Assembly (NCBI GenBank): GCA_965285935.1
Contig: OZ260664.1
Coordinates: 66,278,001 to 66,342,000, forward strand
Length of the DNA stretch: 64,000 bases
Reading direction: 5' to 3'
DNA from: Ophelia neglecta
Taxonomy: Eukaryota
This document shows positions 30,801 through 42,224 of this stretch, piece after piece. Positions within the stretch are counted from its first letter, which is position 1. Each line of letters opens with the position of its first letter. The notes under the pieces are model-generated. The model saw nothing but the letters and a program-made list of their open reading frames with translations, was not told the origin of the DNA and did not search any database. Both the position numbers and the translations under genes were made by a program.

Positions 30801-33800
30801 CTTGTGACAAGAATCATGGCACAGGACCAGGACACACATGCACTTGCCTTCCAAGTGACCAATATGCTGCCCATGCAGAGAGACAATATTTAAAAACCTG
30901 GGCTGCCTGCAATGGGCCAGAAGCCCCAACAGATGCCTCCATTCTAAATGGACCATTTCTGATCTACTTTACCATCCATATTAATTATATCCAGAGTATC
31001 CAAATGGCAGATTCCCATTATGCAACTTTCTCCATACATGGCTAAAACTGAGCTAATTCCCTTCCCTGCTTGCCCTGGACTGGGCCAAATCCCTGTTGGC
31101 TCTGAAGATATTACACAGCTAAGACTGAGCCAACTCTCTGTAGGCCCTGAAGATATTATACAGCTAAGACTGAGCCAAATCCCTGGTGGCCCTGAAGATA
31201 TTATACAGCTAAGACTGAGCCAAATCCCTGGTGGCCCTGAAGATATTATACAGCTAAGACTGAGCCAATTCCCTGGTGGCCCTGAAGATATTATACAGCT
31301 AAGACTGAGCCAATTCCCTGGTGGCCCTGAAGATATTATACAGCTAAGACTGAGCCAAATCCCTGGTGGCCCTGAAGATATTATACAGCTAAGACTGAGC
31401 CAATTCCCTGGTGGCCCTGAAGATATTACACAGCTAAGACTGAGCCAATTCCCTGGTGGCCCTGAAGATATTACACAGCTAAGACTGAGCCAACTCTCTG
31501 TAGGCCCTGAAGATATTACACGGCTAAGACTGAGCCAAACCCCTGGTGGCCCTGAAGATATTATAAGGCTAATAATGGGTCAACACCCTTCCCTAGAGGC
31601 TCTGGACTGAGACAACTTTCGTGTGGCCTTGGACAACTCTGAAGTGGCCCTAGACTGGGAATTGCCTGGGTGACCCTGGACTGAGCCAACTCTTAGGTGG
31701 CCTTGGACTTGGACACCTTCCAGGTGGTCTTGGACTAAGACAACTCTCAGGTGGCTCTGGACTAAGCTAACTGCAAGGTGGTTCTAGACTGAGCCATCTC
31801 CCTGGTAGCCCTGAAGATACTCAGCTCATATTGACTGACACTGAAACCAAGGGATTTGGTGACTAAATAATTAAATATTTGATAAAAGTGCCACCATACC
31901 ATATTTAGACATACAGTTGGCTACTTTAGTAATCCCATTTATATAACCAGTCTTCATATGTAAAAACACATTCCAAATCATTCCAAAGAACATCAACTTA
32001 TGATAATGGTATTCACATCAATGCAGGTTTATGATAGAGCGTCACTGAGCCTCTATCCAGATTACTTTATCTTGTTACTGAAACATGAGCAATTAAAGCA
32101 CGGAAACAGCTGAATACCAATGGTATCCCTACATACATCAACAGACGAATGTGTTCCTCCTTGACAGCCTTTGGTCATTAACTATGCCGTTTTACTGAAA
32201 AATGGTACAAGTTTCATATTCTCTCAGCAGCAATTTTCAAATCTTCGCAGATAGATTCCATGGTGTTGTTCAAACATGGCAACAACAGAGTATGAAGCAA
32301 AAATATTCCCCCACTCCTTTGCACAGGCATACGAGAGAGTAACCCAGGTGCATCTACGATACCCATGTTGGAGAGCCTTTTCCATCAAGTGGGAGATTTG
32401 CTTGAGTAATCAACCGAGAATGCCCGGTGAGCTGCCGAATTACTTTCAAACTGGCAGAGAGGGTCGCCTGTAGCGGACAGAACAAAAATGTCAATAGGAA
32501 TCCACAATGCAATAAATCAAACCTATCTGGGTTAATCCCTGCTAACTCTTAAGAGTTGTGTCCAGGGCTAACACTTGAGAGTTATGACCAGGGCTAACAG
32601 ACAAGGCATACTAATGGAGCTGTTTCTTTCATATTGGTCACATTTTTTAAGTGGGGAATATCAAATATTCTGGGAATTCAGATTGGCGACAAGATATGCA
32701 ACCATAAAGGATTGACTGTAATCCACAGAAAGTGCTAAGCACTGCAGGCTCCTGAATCAGGGGCTTCCATGCATGTTTGGGATGATCGTACAACAATTGT
32801 GTACCATGAATAGGACCTGAAAAATCCAATTCTCCTCTACACCAGTGCCATTGTTAGTCCTTAGACTACATCTATAGCATACTAAAAGGTGTTTCCTCTG
32901 GTCTTCCATACACTATATGCAATCCCTCGCATTATTTGATTAGAATTCACTGCTATTGGACTTCATAAATAGAAAAACACTTTCTGGAGGAATAATGATA
33001 CAGGGCAACTACCAAGAGACGCTGAATCCTTTGGAGTCCAACTTATAATACTGTGGCAGCAGCTCACCACATATCTGTTCTGAGCAGAAACATGACGCTA
33101 GCTTTGAAGGAATATTCAAAACAGGAGCTGGAAAAAATATGCTATCTCTGCTTCACATGCCTGTGTTTATGTCACTCCCAAAGCTCATCAATATATAAAA
33201 TATGCCTTTTCTACTCCTTTCACCAATGGAATTATGATTGCATATGCTCTCACAATATGCAAAGACAATTATAAACTCTGCCATCTGTGTGGTCAGTAAT
33301 AAGCCTACTCTTTAGGTAGTCCCTAGGCACCAACTTACTCTCAAACTAGATAGGACCTATGTTCTCAGACCAGCTCAGCCTATAGTGGACTTATCACAAG
33401 ACACCCCCAAATGCACTCTCTCCTCACAAGAGACTGTCACTCAGTTGTATCCTTAATACACATTTTGTTCCATATTTCAAAAGCCTCCCAGCACTTTAAA
33501 GCCATATTGCCATTGACATCATAGGATATGCAGGCGTGGCTGGACTGTCAGGGTCACAAAGACTTATTTCTATGGAGCCTTCGCTGCCCACAAATTGAGT
33601 GACCTACAACTAAGTGATTGTGCAGGCACTTGGAATCAGTCACACTGGTCATTTAGGCACAAAAGAAACATGTTTGACAGACCATGGGTAATAGAATTTC
33701 TTCTCAAACAATGAACACATTATTTTTTAGAAAAAAAATTTATGGACTAGGTCTACTACTTTCAGCAGAAAAGTCAACTTTGGCAGACTATTGTGGTCAG

Positions 33801-36800
33801 ATTGTGTACAAGCTTATCTCCTGTGACCCTATTCCAATACCAAATTAGCTATCTAAGCTTTCTCATCCTATCATAATTGGGGATTGTGGGATTGACTATG
33901 TGTTATTCCTCCTCTCCAAGGCAGGTAGCCCTGAAGGCTCCCAGTATTGATCAGAGACAGACAAACTGTCAATGCTGTATGCACCATGGCAGTCTCTAAT
34001 GATGCCTTTACAAACCAAATCACCCTCATGACCCCTCAGCCAGCCCAATAATTACTAGGAGTACTAGAGTCCAAAGGTTACCCACAAAATGGAAGAGAAG
34101 GAATGGCAGGAACTCTTCTGTTACTTGATTAGATTAGGAAGTGAATGGTCACTATGATGACCAACATCAATTTTATACAAAAACTGATGCCAGCATGTGG
34201 CACATGCACTGCACATATTTCTGGCTATCATGTCTCGATAGATAGTGATCAAACAGGTTGAAAGCAGCCCTATGCTGCCACTGTCCTAGCCAATTTCACA
34301 TCTGACCTTTACCCACGACTTGTACTAACTTCAATTATACTTAAATCAAAATTTTGCTGCAAAGACATGCTAGGATTTTATTGTTTTTCCGCTGTGCCTC
34401 ATATTTCTCATTATTTTCACACAATAAATATCTATGAGTAAGTGTAAACAATCAGGGCAAATTCTTGAGAGATACTGCTGTTTCTACAATTTTAACACAA
34501 CATTGGACATAAGTCATGCTGAACAATCAGACTTTTACACCTTTTCCCCAAAAAATGGGCCAGACTATTCATATTTAGACACACAGTTGTCAACATAATT
34601 CATCTTGGTCCCTATATTGCTCCAGATAATATGAACAAAGGCTCATAATCTCCAGCAAAGTAACTCCGCAAAGCCATCGCAAGGACATTTTGCCATGCTG
34701 AAGGGCTCATAAATCCTTCTAATTCTCACCTTGCAGAGTACATCAAGCAAGGCCAAACCATTCTGGCAATATCAAGTACATTAATCATACCACGCTAGCA
34801 CCATAACAGATATTGGACATTTACTTTCACCGAGGATGGCATAATCATTGGACCACTGCCGTTCCTGACTGAAACCATCAACAAAAGAGCTACAGGGAGG
34901 AAACATCCTCTCTGTACCTTGGTATCTGGTGATAACACAAGGGGATTGGCCAAATGCATATTCTACCAAATTGTTCAGTGATTATTGGCCTCTTGCACCA
35001 TTGGACATCATAAAGTCCAGACAGAGGGGTGGAATGGTGCTTGCTGCAAAAGACAATGATGGATGATATATAAAACATCGTACAGGATGGACCAGAAACA
35101 TGTGAATCCTGTGATTCCTCAAACGCTTTGACACTATTTTAAATTAGATAATATTCTGGTAAATACGCATCCCTAACTAATTTATGTTTAGGGGTGAAGG
35201 CTCACCCTCAAATAGCTTTAAATAACTAGCCCTAAAAGATCATGTCTTAAACATGTAGACATTCAATGTCATCTCATTTCACCTTGAAAAAAACGGGAAT
35301 GGGCATCTAGCAGACAAAGCAATATCATCCACCAAGAAGAGTTAATCAAATAGATCTGAAATCATCAGACATCACTAACCACAAGATGAAGTTGAAGGTA
35401 AAAGTTAAATCTGAGATTTGAACATGGTTTCCTTTAAGCAGTCAATACATAAATTTTTGTTTGCCTCCCTATATTGCACCATTGAGCGGTCTCATATCTT
35501 CCAGTAAGACTAAAAAATTACCAAAAGTATCATAAGACACCACTGGTAACTATCAACAACTGACCACCATTTAAACTCTTGCTTAAATAAACTCTGTTTT
35601 GCAGCAATGGAAAAATTAGTAAAGGTCAGCTTGCTGCTTAATGAAAAAATAATTGATGCTTCCTGTTGAGTCCTCCCTACATATTTATAAGGAAGGAAAT
35701 TCTTCTGCTTGGCAGATATACTTTAGTACTCTTCCTACTCTTACAGAATAACAACCACCACACGCTGTTTAGGGTCCTCTAGCAATGCATGTCTGTATAC
35801 CACAATAATCAGCATTCTTTTTATGTTCTTGCATATAATGGACACAAAATACACCCCAATCCCCGATAACATTGCAAGAGATCTGATTACAATACCAACA
35901 TCTGATGGCATAACCAAACATCTCATCTAGACAGTCTGGTTCTCTACCAAGACTGAACCCACAAAGTCGAGAATATCTCAAGTCATCAGGAAATAATGTT
36001 TTATCAAAAGTCAGTCCCTCATGTCTACAACTATATGATACATCATTTGAACCAGCATCTCCTTTTGAATCCAAAAAAAATCTCCTGGACCATTACAATT
36101 ACATTACCTGCAATAAATGATTAATTGTGTAATTAATATTTTCAACAATCAGCAAGACGTATAGATGCAAAGCACTTGTGGAATCCTGCATCAAAGTTTT
36201 GACTGAAAGGCTTCTGTTTCCCATCACAAGACTGTTTGCCAGACGCTCTAATAATTAAGACTGTCTGATGATTAGTACTAAGTAGTTTTGCCATATATAC
36301 TTATGTCAAATCTTTCTTTAAATCATTAAGAAATTTGCAAGATTCAGTGGCAAACAGTCATAGCGTCATGATTAATAGTATTATTGATCACATGCTAAGG
36401 ACAAACAGCTTGGTGGGGAGTGTGAGGAATAACACGTAAATAAACACTTGCAGGCAGAAAAAATAATCATTGTGGTTTAACCAGGGTCAAAGGGATTACA
36501 AGATTTGACCATTTAATCTAATACATATCCATCATTGTGTTCATCAGTTGATTTAACTTGGGTTAAACAGTCCACATATCTGCAGCAGCCCCAGCAACCA
36601 TTCTCCATGCATCACATAGATTCAGGCACATTGTTCAACGCCTGGTCAAATTTAACAATTTACATATGGAAAGTATGATCATAATTGTGCAACACTGACT
36701 TATAGTCAGAACCTATTTGTTATTTACTTCCAGACTGAGGAAACTATTGGCTATAGGTGCAGCTACACATAAGAAAAGTGCACTAAAGTTGGCAATGCAA

Positions 36801-39800
36801 TATATACTGTTTGAAAGAATCATCAGAGTTGGCTTTTAACCCCAACTTATCACCATTTCCAAATTTGGACATCACAACAGCTCATTGACAAGACACTCAT
36901 GGGCCACAAGCACACTCAATTCACCCCAATTCTAGGGGATTGGTCATGGGTGGGCAGAGTCAATTTCTTTCTCTTGCAATTTGTGCTCAGGTCATCAGTG
37001 CGATAAGCACTGAAATTACCAACCAGCCTGCAATACAGGTTAAAAAACATTCGCATTATGATGATTTGGGTTGAAAAAGCTCATTTGGGCAAGGGTTTGT
37101 AATATGTGCTCTGACGCTGAATAGGCTTTGTTGAAGAGACTTGCATACACATCAGACAAGTCATTTGCGCTGCGGTCGGAGAACGTTTAGTTTAGCAGAA
37201 TAATCAACAAAGGACCAGCCGGTCTATCGCGGTGATGTTCCTTCAATTTCAACTGATCAGAGATTGTCTTCATGACTTGCCTGTTAAGTTCACTGAAAAT
37301 TATTGTTAAATTTGCATCAAGTGCCAGGTCCAGAGCAAAGTACTAAATAGTACTCATAATATAATGTGTAAACAACCAAAGCTACACCATGGCCTATAAT
37401 AATTGGTAACATATAATTGAACATTAATACTAAAGAGTTTGCCCATACATTATATGAATTCAATCTTTATTCTGGTGTTCTAACAAAGCTTGTTGTCAAT
37501 TCTTCTTCATAATAGTTGGTATTGTATTTGTACAAGCAGGTATTATGAAGGTCAGTTTTATTTTAGATTTATCACTGAAGAAGCAAGCAATAATCATAGA
37601 GATAATTATAGGCTGTCTTAAAGATCACAATTTCTGCATATCATAGAGAGAATACGGTTTATAAATATTTATAGTCTGGGCTTGTACCCATATATCCCAG
37701 CATGCTAATGGAGCAATCCGCCCAGGACAAGTGGCAATGTGCATGCCGACTCAATCTGACCAGAAGGCTTAGAGATGAACATTTGATGAGCCTTGAGGCC
37801 AGCAGTGGTGAGGACATGACACCTTTTTTGATGTGCCATGTTTAGCTGCAGGTAACAATTTATAAGTTTCCGAGGAGTCACACCCTGAAACTGTGAAAGC
37901 CCTGAAGAGCACATGGGGCTAAAGCCATGAGCTGCTGAGGTGTCATTTCTCCCTGTAGCCTCAGGGGCATCAGATGACCGGACATTACATCAGTAGGTAC
38001 ATGAACTACACACACTACACTGCTACAGGACAAATATCAAAGATTGTGTCTTAACCTTGTTAAGGTCATTGACTGATAACTCCTAAACTAATGCCAATAA
38101 GACTAAGAGAGACTGAATGAGTGTGCACTGCCAGCACAAACAACGTCTACCGACATGTTTACTGATTGATAACGAAAAAAACAACCCATGATACAGCAAG
38201 TTTACATTTAAATCACACAATACATTTGTGCTATCTTAGTTACTACTAGATGAAAAGCATGCTGTGCTCCACATGCTCCCACAGGGGTCAAGACTTGATT
38301 AATATTTGTTTTGACAAATATGTTTACAGCATCACAGCCACTGGGCAGCATTGTTTGGGAAGAAAAACATTAAATTGCACCTTTGTGGGAATCATCCCAG
38401 CCTTATTAATGCAATGCAACAATGTCAGGACTTACGCTATTACATTTTTTTAAACCTAAATTGAACCTTGATCAATGCTCAATGTTCACTGTTCTTCTTT
38501 AACAAAGTGTTCAATGGCTGAAAAATCCATACAAAGAAGAAAACTCTAAACAAATAATTGCATTAGTCACTTATATTTCTTTAAACAGAGCAAAAAGAAA
38601 AAAGAAAGACAAAACAAATGTCTTTACTGGCAATCTTCTCAGAATAGCTTTCACCAGGGCAGCATAGTTCCAATGCTATGACTGACTGACAACAGTGGAT
38701 AACTACAATTTGGCTAACCTTCCACCTGCCAGACTGCCAAGAACAGTCTTCCTATACAGAAAGGCTGTCATTTGCTGGAAATAGCCACCCACTGCTGACT
38801 AAAAAGAAGTCTGTTCAGGCCAACATTTTGGCAAATTAAGAAAGTCTTTGGGACAATATTGGTTTTCTTCTGTTTATGCACCTAACACAATTGTGGGATC
38901 AATTTGAGAGGACCACTCTCTCAATTGATGAGAAGTAACTAGAAGCTCATAGGGGAATCACTGGAAATACCTCTATTCTGCTGCTGGACAAATGTGCACA
39001 TCTAATTTGGGGTCCATAGTACCAGACAATATATACCACTCAGCCAATGAACAGACAGTAATGTGGACTTAAATAAAGCAAAGGGTCAACGAGTGACCAG
39101 AATATTCTACTTTATCCGTAGAGCAAGTTTACAATGACTGGTGTAAAAAAACAGGTGGATGCTTAACTAAAATACAGTTTCCACATTTCTGACTGCAATA
39201 AAACATATGGTTGCCATCCCTAAAATAATAGTTATGTTAATAAATAGAATGCATAAAGTATATTTAAGTATGATATTAACTAAAATGTTCATCTACATAA
39301 ATTTACACATAAATGTATCCTCTGGACCATGTAAAGAGCCCAATTAATAAACTCCTCCTGTGCATATAGCCAAGGCCAAATGGATCTGGTATTTACCTGT
39401 TTCCCAGCAGCCAATTTAATGGAAGCGTTCATATCAATTTCATCCATGGCAAGGAATTCATATAGTACCAGCACAATGATGTACTCTTGGATGGTGTTGT
39501 GGGTGTTGATACAATGAAAGGTGCCTCTTTCCGGAAAGAGTTGCGACCACTTTTGTAGATTTGGTCCATGTGTGAAATTCTGTGAACCTTGTTTACAATT
39601 CCAGCTACAGAAGCAGAAATCTGTGGTGCCCTTTGTAGCTTGTAACAGAAGCTCAACATAGACTACGATACACGTTCTGCAGAAAAAAGTGGAACTTGGT
39701 ACTGACAAAACAGCCCAAGCAACAGCAGAGTATAATCAATGTTAACATGTACGTTTCATTTGACAGGGATGGGCGGGTGTCCCCCCTCCCCCATTTTGGG

Positions 39801-42224
39801 TATATTAGCCTATCTTGAAATGAACCTCCCTAATTTGTGTAATACTCTTAGAAATATCATGTGCATTCCCATCCCCTGTAGGCAGATCCCTCAGCCCACC
39901 TCCCTAAGTGGGAGGGAGGGGCTGATTTTTTCACCAATGCAAAAATTGGCCCAAATTAATTTTTGTATCAATATATTAATTTAATATATAACATGTGCAA
40001 ATAAGTCACCAGAAGATGGTGGCAAGTAATAGACATGATGTACATGTATATGTATTTTTACATTTAATCAATTCTATGCCCATGCTTTCAGGGAAATAAA
40101 CCGACTTGAATATGGGCAAGGCAATTAATGTTCAAGTCCAATAGGCACAGCAATTGTTGCTCATCTTATTAAGGACAATTCTGAGTATCTGGTTTCATTA
40201 AAGCAAATTGCAAACAAGTATTTTTTTCAGAAAAAAATTACCATGTTTTTAACATCCCTCCTAAGACCATATTCAGAGATCAATATGCACAAAATGTTCT
40301 TTTTAGAAATTCAAATGAGCAGGTTCCTTGTTTAATCTGAATGGCTTGGAATAAAGCATGTGCAATAAAATACAACCAAATGCTGGAGCTTGCTTAGGCA
40401 ACCTTTACTAGTCTTGAAAGATGTATGAGCAACAAACCAGCCGGAACAGAAGTGTCTTTCATAATGTAGGACAGCCAACCAATGGCTAACACAGCTTTGG
40501 GTGACGCGAGGCTCAATTTAGTCATATAGATCATGTTGATGTAATCATGCTTAAAGATACATTATGAAAAATGCTATGCTTGTGTCATATCCATTAATAT
40601 CCTGTATTCACCTTTGCTGATCTTCTCTTGTAAAATTCACTGCCATTAACAAGGGGAGATATTAGCTATTGCACTGCAGCAGAAATATTCACAATTTCAC
40701 AATTGTAAACTGAATAAGACAGCAATACACTTTTTGTAGGAGTCTTATTTTTCACATAGATCAGGAGAAGCACTGCACTGTTGTTCACCACGCCTTTCAT
40801 TTTTGGCATAAATTACACTCATCTAACAATACACAAATTTAAAAGCATGTTGATTAATTCATGTAATACTTGTGCATTTGATTAACAGAAGAAGAAAAAC
40901 CATAGTTTTACATAAATGCACAAGCAGCATTTGACCCGTTTACTTTGATATGTGCATGACTTAACTTAATGACCTACATTCATTAAATATACCACCAATT
41001 TTTCCTAGAGATTTGGGTACTCTTGGGTTTCATTTTTCCATTATTTTCAAGACACTAGGATGATTTAACATCAATAGCTAACCCAAACACCTTAAAGTAA
41101 GTCAATTGAAGAAGATGGACCATTTAGGAAGTTTGAAAAATCAATACATAACACTTACGATCAAAACATTAAAACAAAAGCACACAAGGAGCCAGAAATA
41201 ATCCAACAAACCAAAGAGCAAAACCTGCCCTTATGTGCATGAGGCAAACCATAAATCAGCTAAAAACTTCTGGTTCATTTTCTTGCATTGTTTTTTCATC
41301 CTTTTCTGCATTTCACTAATGGATGGCTGATAATGGTTTCTAGAATGGGGATGGGGACAATACCTGCCTATAGCTGACATCAATGGTCATGGTAAGATGA
41401 CTATATACCAAGGATAATGGAGGGCTGAGCTACAATGCATGATGCTCCCCATCTACTGAAGAACGGATCAAGTGTTACCGCCAACCAGTTTGGCCCACTG
41501 GAGTCGAGAGAGAGGAATGATAATGCCTATGGCAAGTCAGTAATTGGCTTTACAAAATATGCTTTGATGTTCAATTTAGCCTGGGAATCTGAGTATTTCA
41601 CAGCGGCTATTTAATTTAACATACTCATACTTGGACACAAGAGTGAAAAGCCAACCATAATACCAGTGGCAGCCACAAAAATGGTAAAAGGAAATTGCAT
41701 GAATTTAGATTTGCATCCTCAAGAAAGTAACTAAAATATACTTAAGCAGAGAAATGTTCAAAATATATCGAAGGTAAACATTACGTTCCATGACTATCAA
41801 CATAGCCAAGTAGATATACCAAGAATTTTTTGGGTCATAAGTTTTCTTACAAAAAAATAAAAAGGACTTAACTATTGCCCATGAAAAAAGCAAATAAATA
41901 TTCAAATGTATTAGTTGGATGAAAATTTTTAACATAATAAAATAGTGAACTAATATTGATTCCTACCTCACTTCGGTGTCCCCTTAGATTAAAGTTGGCT
42001 CTTGGTGGACCCTCATAGTTTTTCTTGCAATGGCAAGCGGTAAATGTGACTCCCACTATTCCTTTTGAGTTACCGCTAGCCAACCATCCTTCCTGATAGT
42101 AGTTGACTCTGTTTAACTTCCACCCTTCATCCTCTGGTAGAGATTCAGGAACTTTACCCATCCATGACAGAGATTGTATAGAACAGTCACTGCGTGTAGT
42201 ATTTTCCTCAAATAGAGCATACAT
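1..42224 (-). CDS. TULP4: Tubby-related protein 4 gene (WD40 repeats + SOCS box), 11 coding exons in window, 3'-partial (runs off left edge)
   Basis: Manual splicing of 41967-42224, 26848-26976, 26104-26268, 25714-25891, 18365-18478, 18003-18145, 17523-17750, 8030-8264, 7536-7738, 5234-5471 and 1-803 gives one open frame of 2694 nt (898 codons). All junctions are GT-AG with compatible phases. The peptide matches TULP4 hallmarks as I recall them: YYQEGWLASGN, NFNLRGH, RWNEPYQKLATCD, YRDGFVLVGSV.GQR.WSS, ERLHCTM, YTLYLEYLGGL.P.LKG, VTSNIWGTKFKI, YKTSLLHLQPRQMTI. Confidence 0.96.
5234..5471 (-). CDS. TULP4: TULP4 coding exon 10 (AQRLIEVTSNIWGTKFKI...FSESEDELP)
   Basis: Acceptor attgtag|, donor CAG|GTAAGC; 238 nt; conserved TULP4 motif. 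Confidence 0.95.
6593..6681. repeat. Short foldback inverted repeat (MITE remnant)
   Basis: TTATAGCT-ATTTTAACCCTGAGAAC ... GTTTTCAAGGTTAAAATATCAGCTATAA are imperfect reverse complements. Confidence 0.55.
7536..7738 (-). CDS. TULP4: TULP4 coding exon 9 (acidic/Ser-rich segment + basic RKKRLKK stretch)
   Basis: Acceptor ttacattcag|, donor GAG|GTGAGA; 203 nt, phase 1-0, bridges exons 8 and 10 in frame. Confidence 0.88.
8030..8264 (-). CDS. TULP4: TULP4 coding exon 8 (GYIPDPYRLREFV...ERLHCTM...KLRPEFVIYDP...KP)
   Basis: Acceptor tttggcag|, donor CAG|GTAAAT; 235 nt, ends phase 1. Confidence 0.94.
17523..17750 (-). CDS. TULP4: TULP4 coding exon 7 incl. SOCS box (GKPVTALTWGH...VASLQFLCK...LPLPSKL...PTVK)
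   Basis: Acceptor ttttccag|, donor AAG|GTTAGT; 228 nt; BC-box SLQ.LC and LPLP cullin-box pattern. Confidence 0.95.
18003..18145 (-). CDS. TULP4: TULP4 coding exon 6 (GVKLEWCNDGEILAVAG...LPIPLQ)
   Basis: Acceptor tgttgcag|, donor CAG|GTGAAA; 143 nt, phase 1-0. Confidence 0.93.
18365..18478 (-). CDS. TULP4: TULP4 coding exon 5 (ANQEDKSHALAICFKSGVIYLMSNYDDLCPKIINTQLT)
   Basis: Acceptor ttattttag|, donor CAG|GTAAGT; 114 nt, phase 1-1; LM.NYDDL.P motif. Confidence 0.93.
25714..25891 (-). CDS. TULP4: TULP4 coding exon 4 (VMFGTTDGQVIVM...SSTQTRP)
   Basis: Acceptor ccttag|, donor CAG|GTTTGT; 178 nt, ends phase 1, which matches the next exon. Confidence 0.9.
26104..26268 (-). CDS. TULP4: TULP4 coding exon 3 (VTDFAWSHDG...VWTPDDQK)
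   Basis: Acceptor ttctacag|, donor AAA|GTAAGT; 165 nt; WD40-like. Confidence 0.95.
26848..26976 (-). CDS. TULP4: TULP4 coding exon 2 (VALVRWNEPYQKLATCD...ELINDRSSQ)
   Basis: Acceptor cttgcag|, donor CAG|GTATGA; 129 nt, phase 0-0; not in the ORF track. Confidence 0.95.
31075..31820. repeat. Composite minisatellite in TULP4 intron 1: 45 bp x 11 followed by degenerate 27-bp units
   Basis: CTGAAGATA recurs every 45 bp from 31102 to 31552. From about 31604 there are 27-bp GGACTGAGCCAACTCTCAGGTGGCCCT-like units. Confidence 0.95.
41967..42224 (-). CDS. TULP4: TULP4 coding exon 1 (MYALFEEN...NFNLRGHRSE)
   Basis: ATG at 42224; donor GAG|GTAGGA; 86 codons, phase 0. Upstream acceptor ctctttcag| places the exon start at 42301. 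Confidence 0.93.

Noticed and set aside
31075-31575. CRISPR-like array, or CTCF-site array (GGCCACCAGGG)
   Set aside because: The units are contiguous near-identical repeats with no unique spacers, and the DNA is eukaryotic. The CTCF-like half-site lacks the GGC core.
31020-31610. 196-aa plus-strand ORF as a real protein-coding gene
   Set aside because: It is fully explained by a 45-bp repeat that lacks stops in one frame. It has no recognisable domain and is antisense within an intron.
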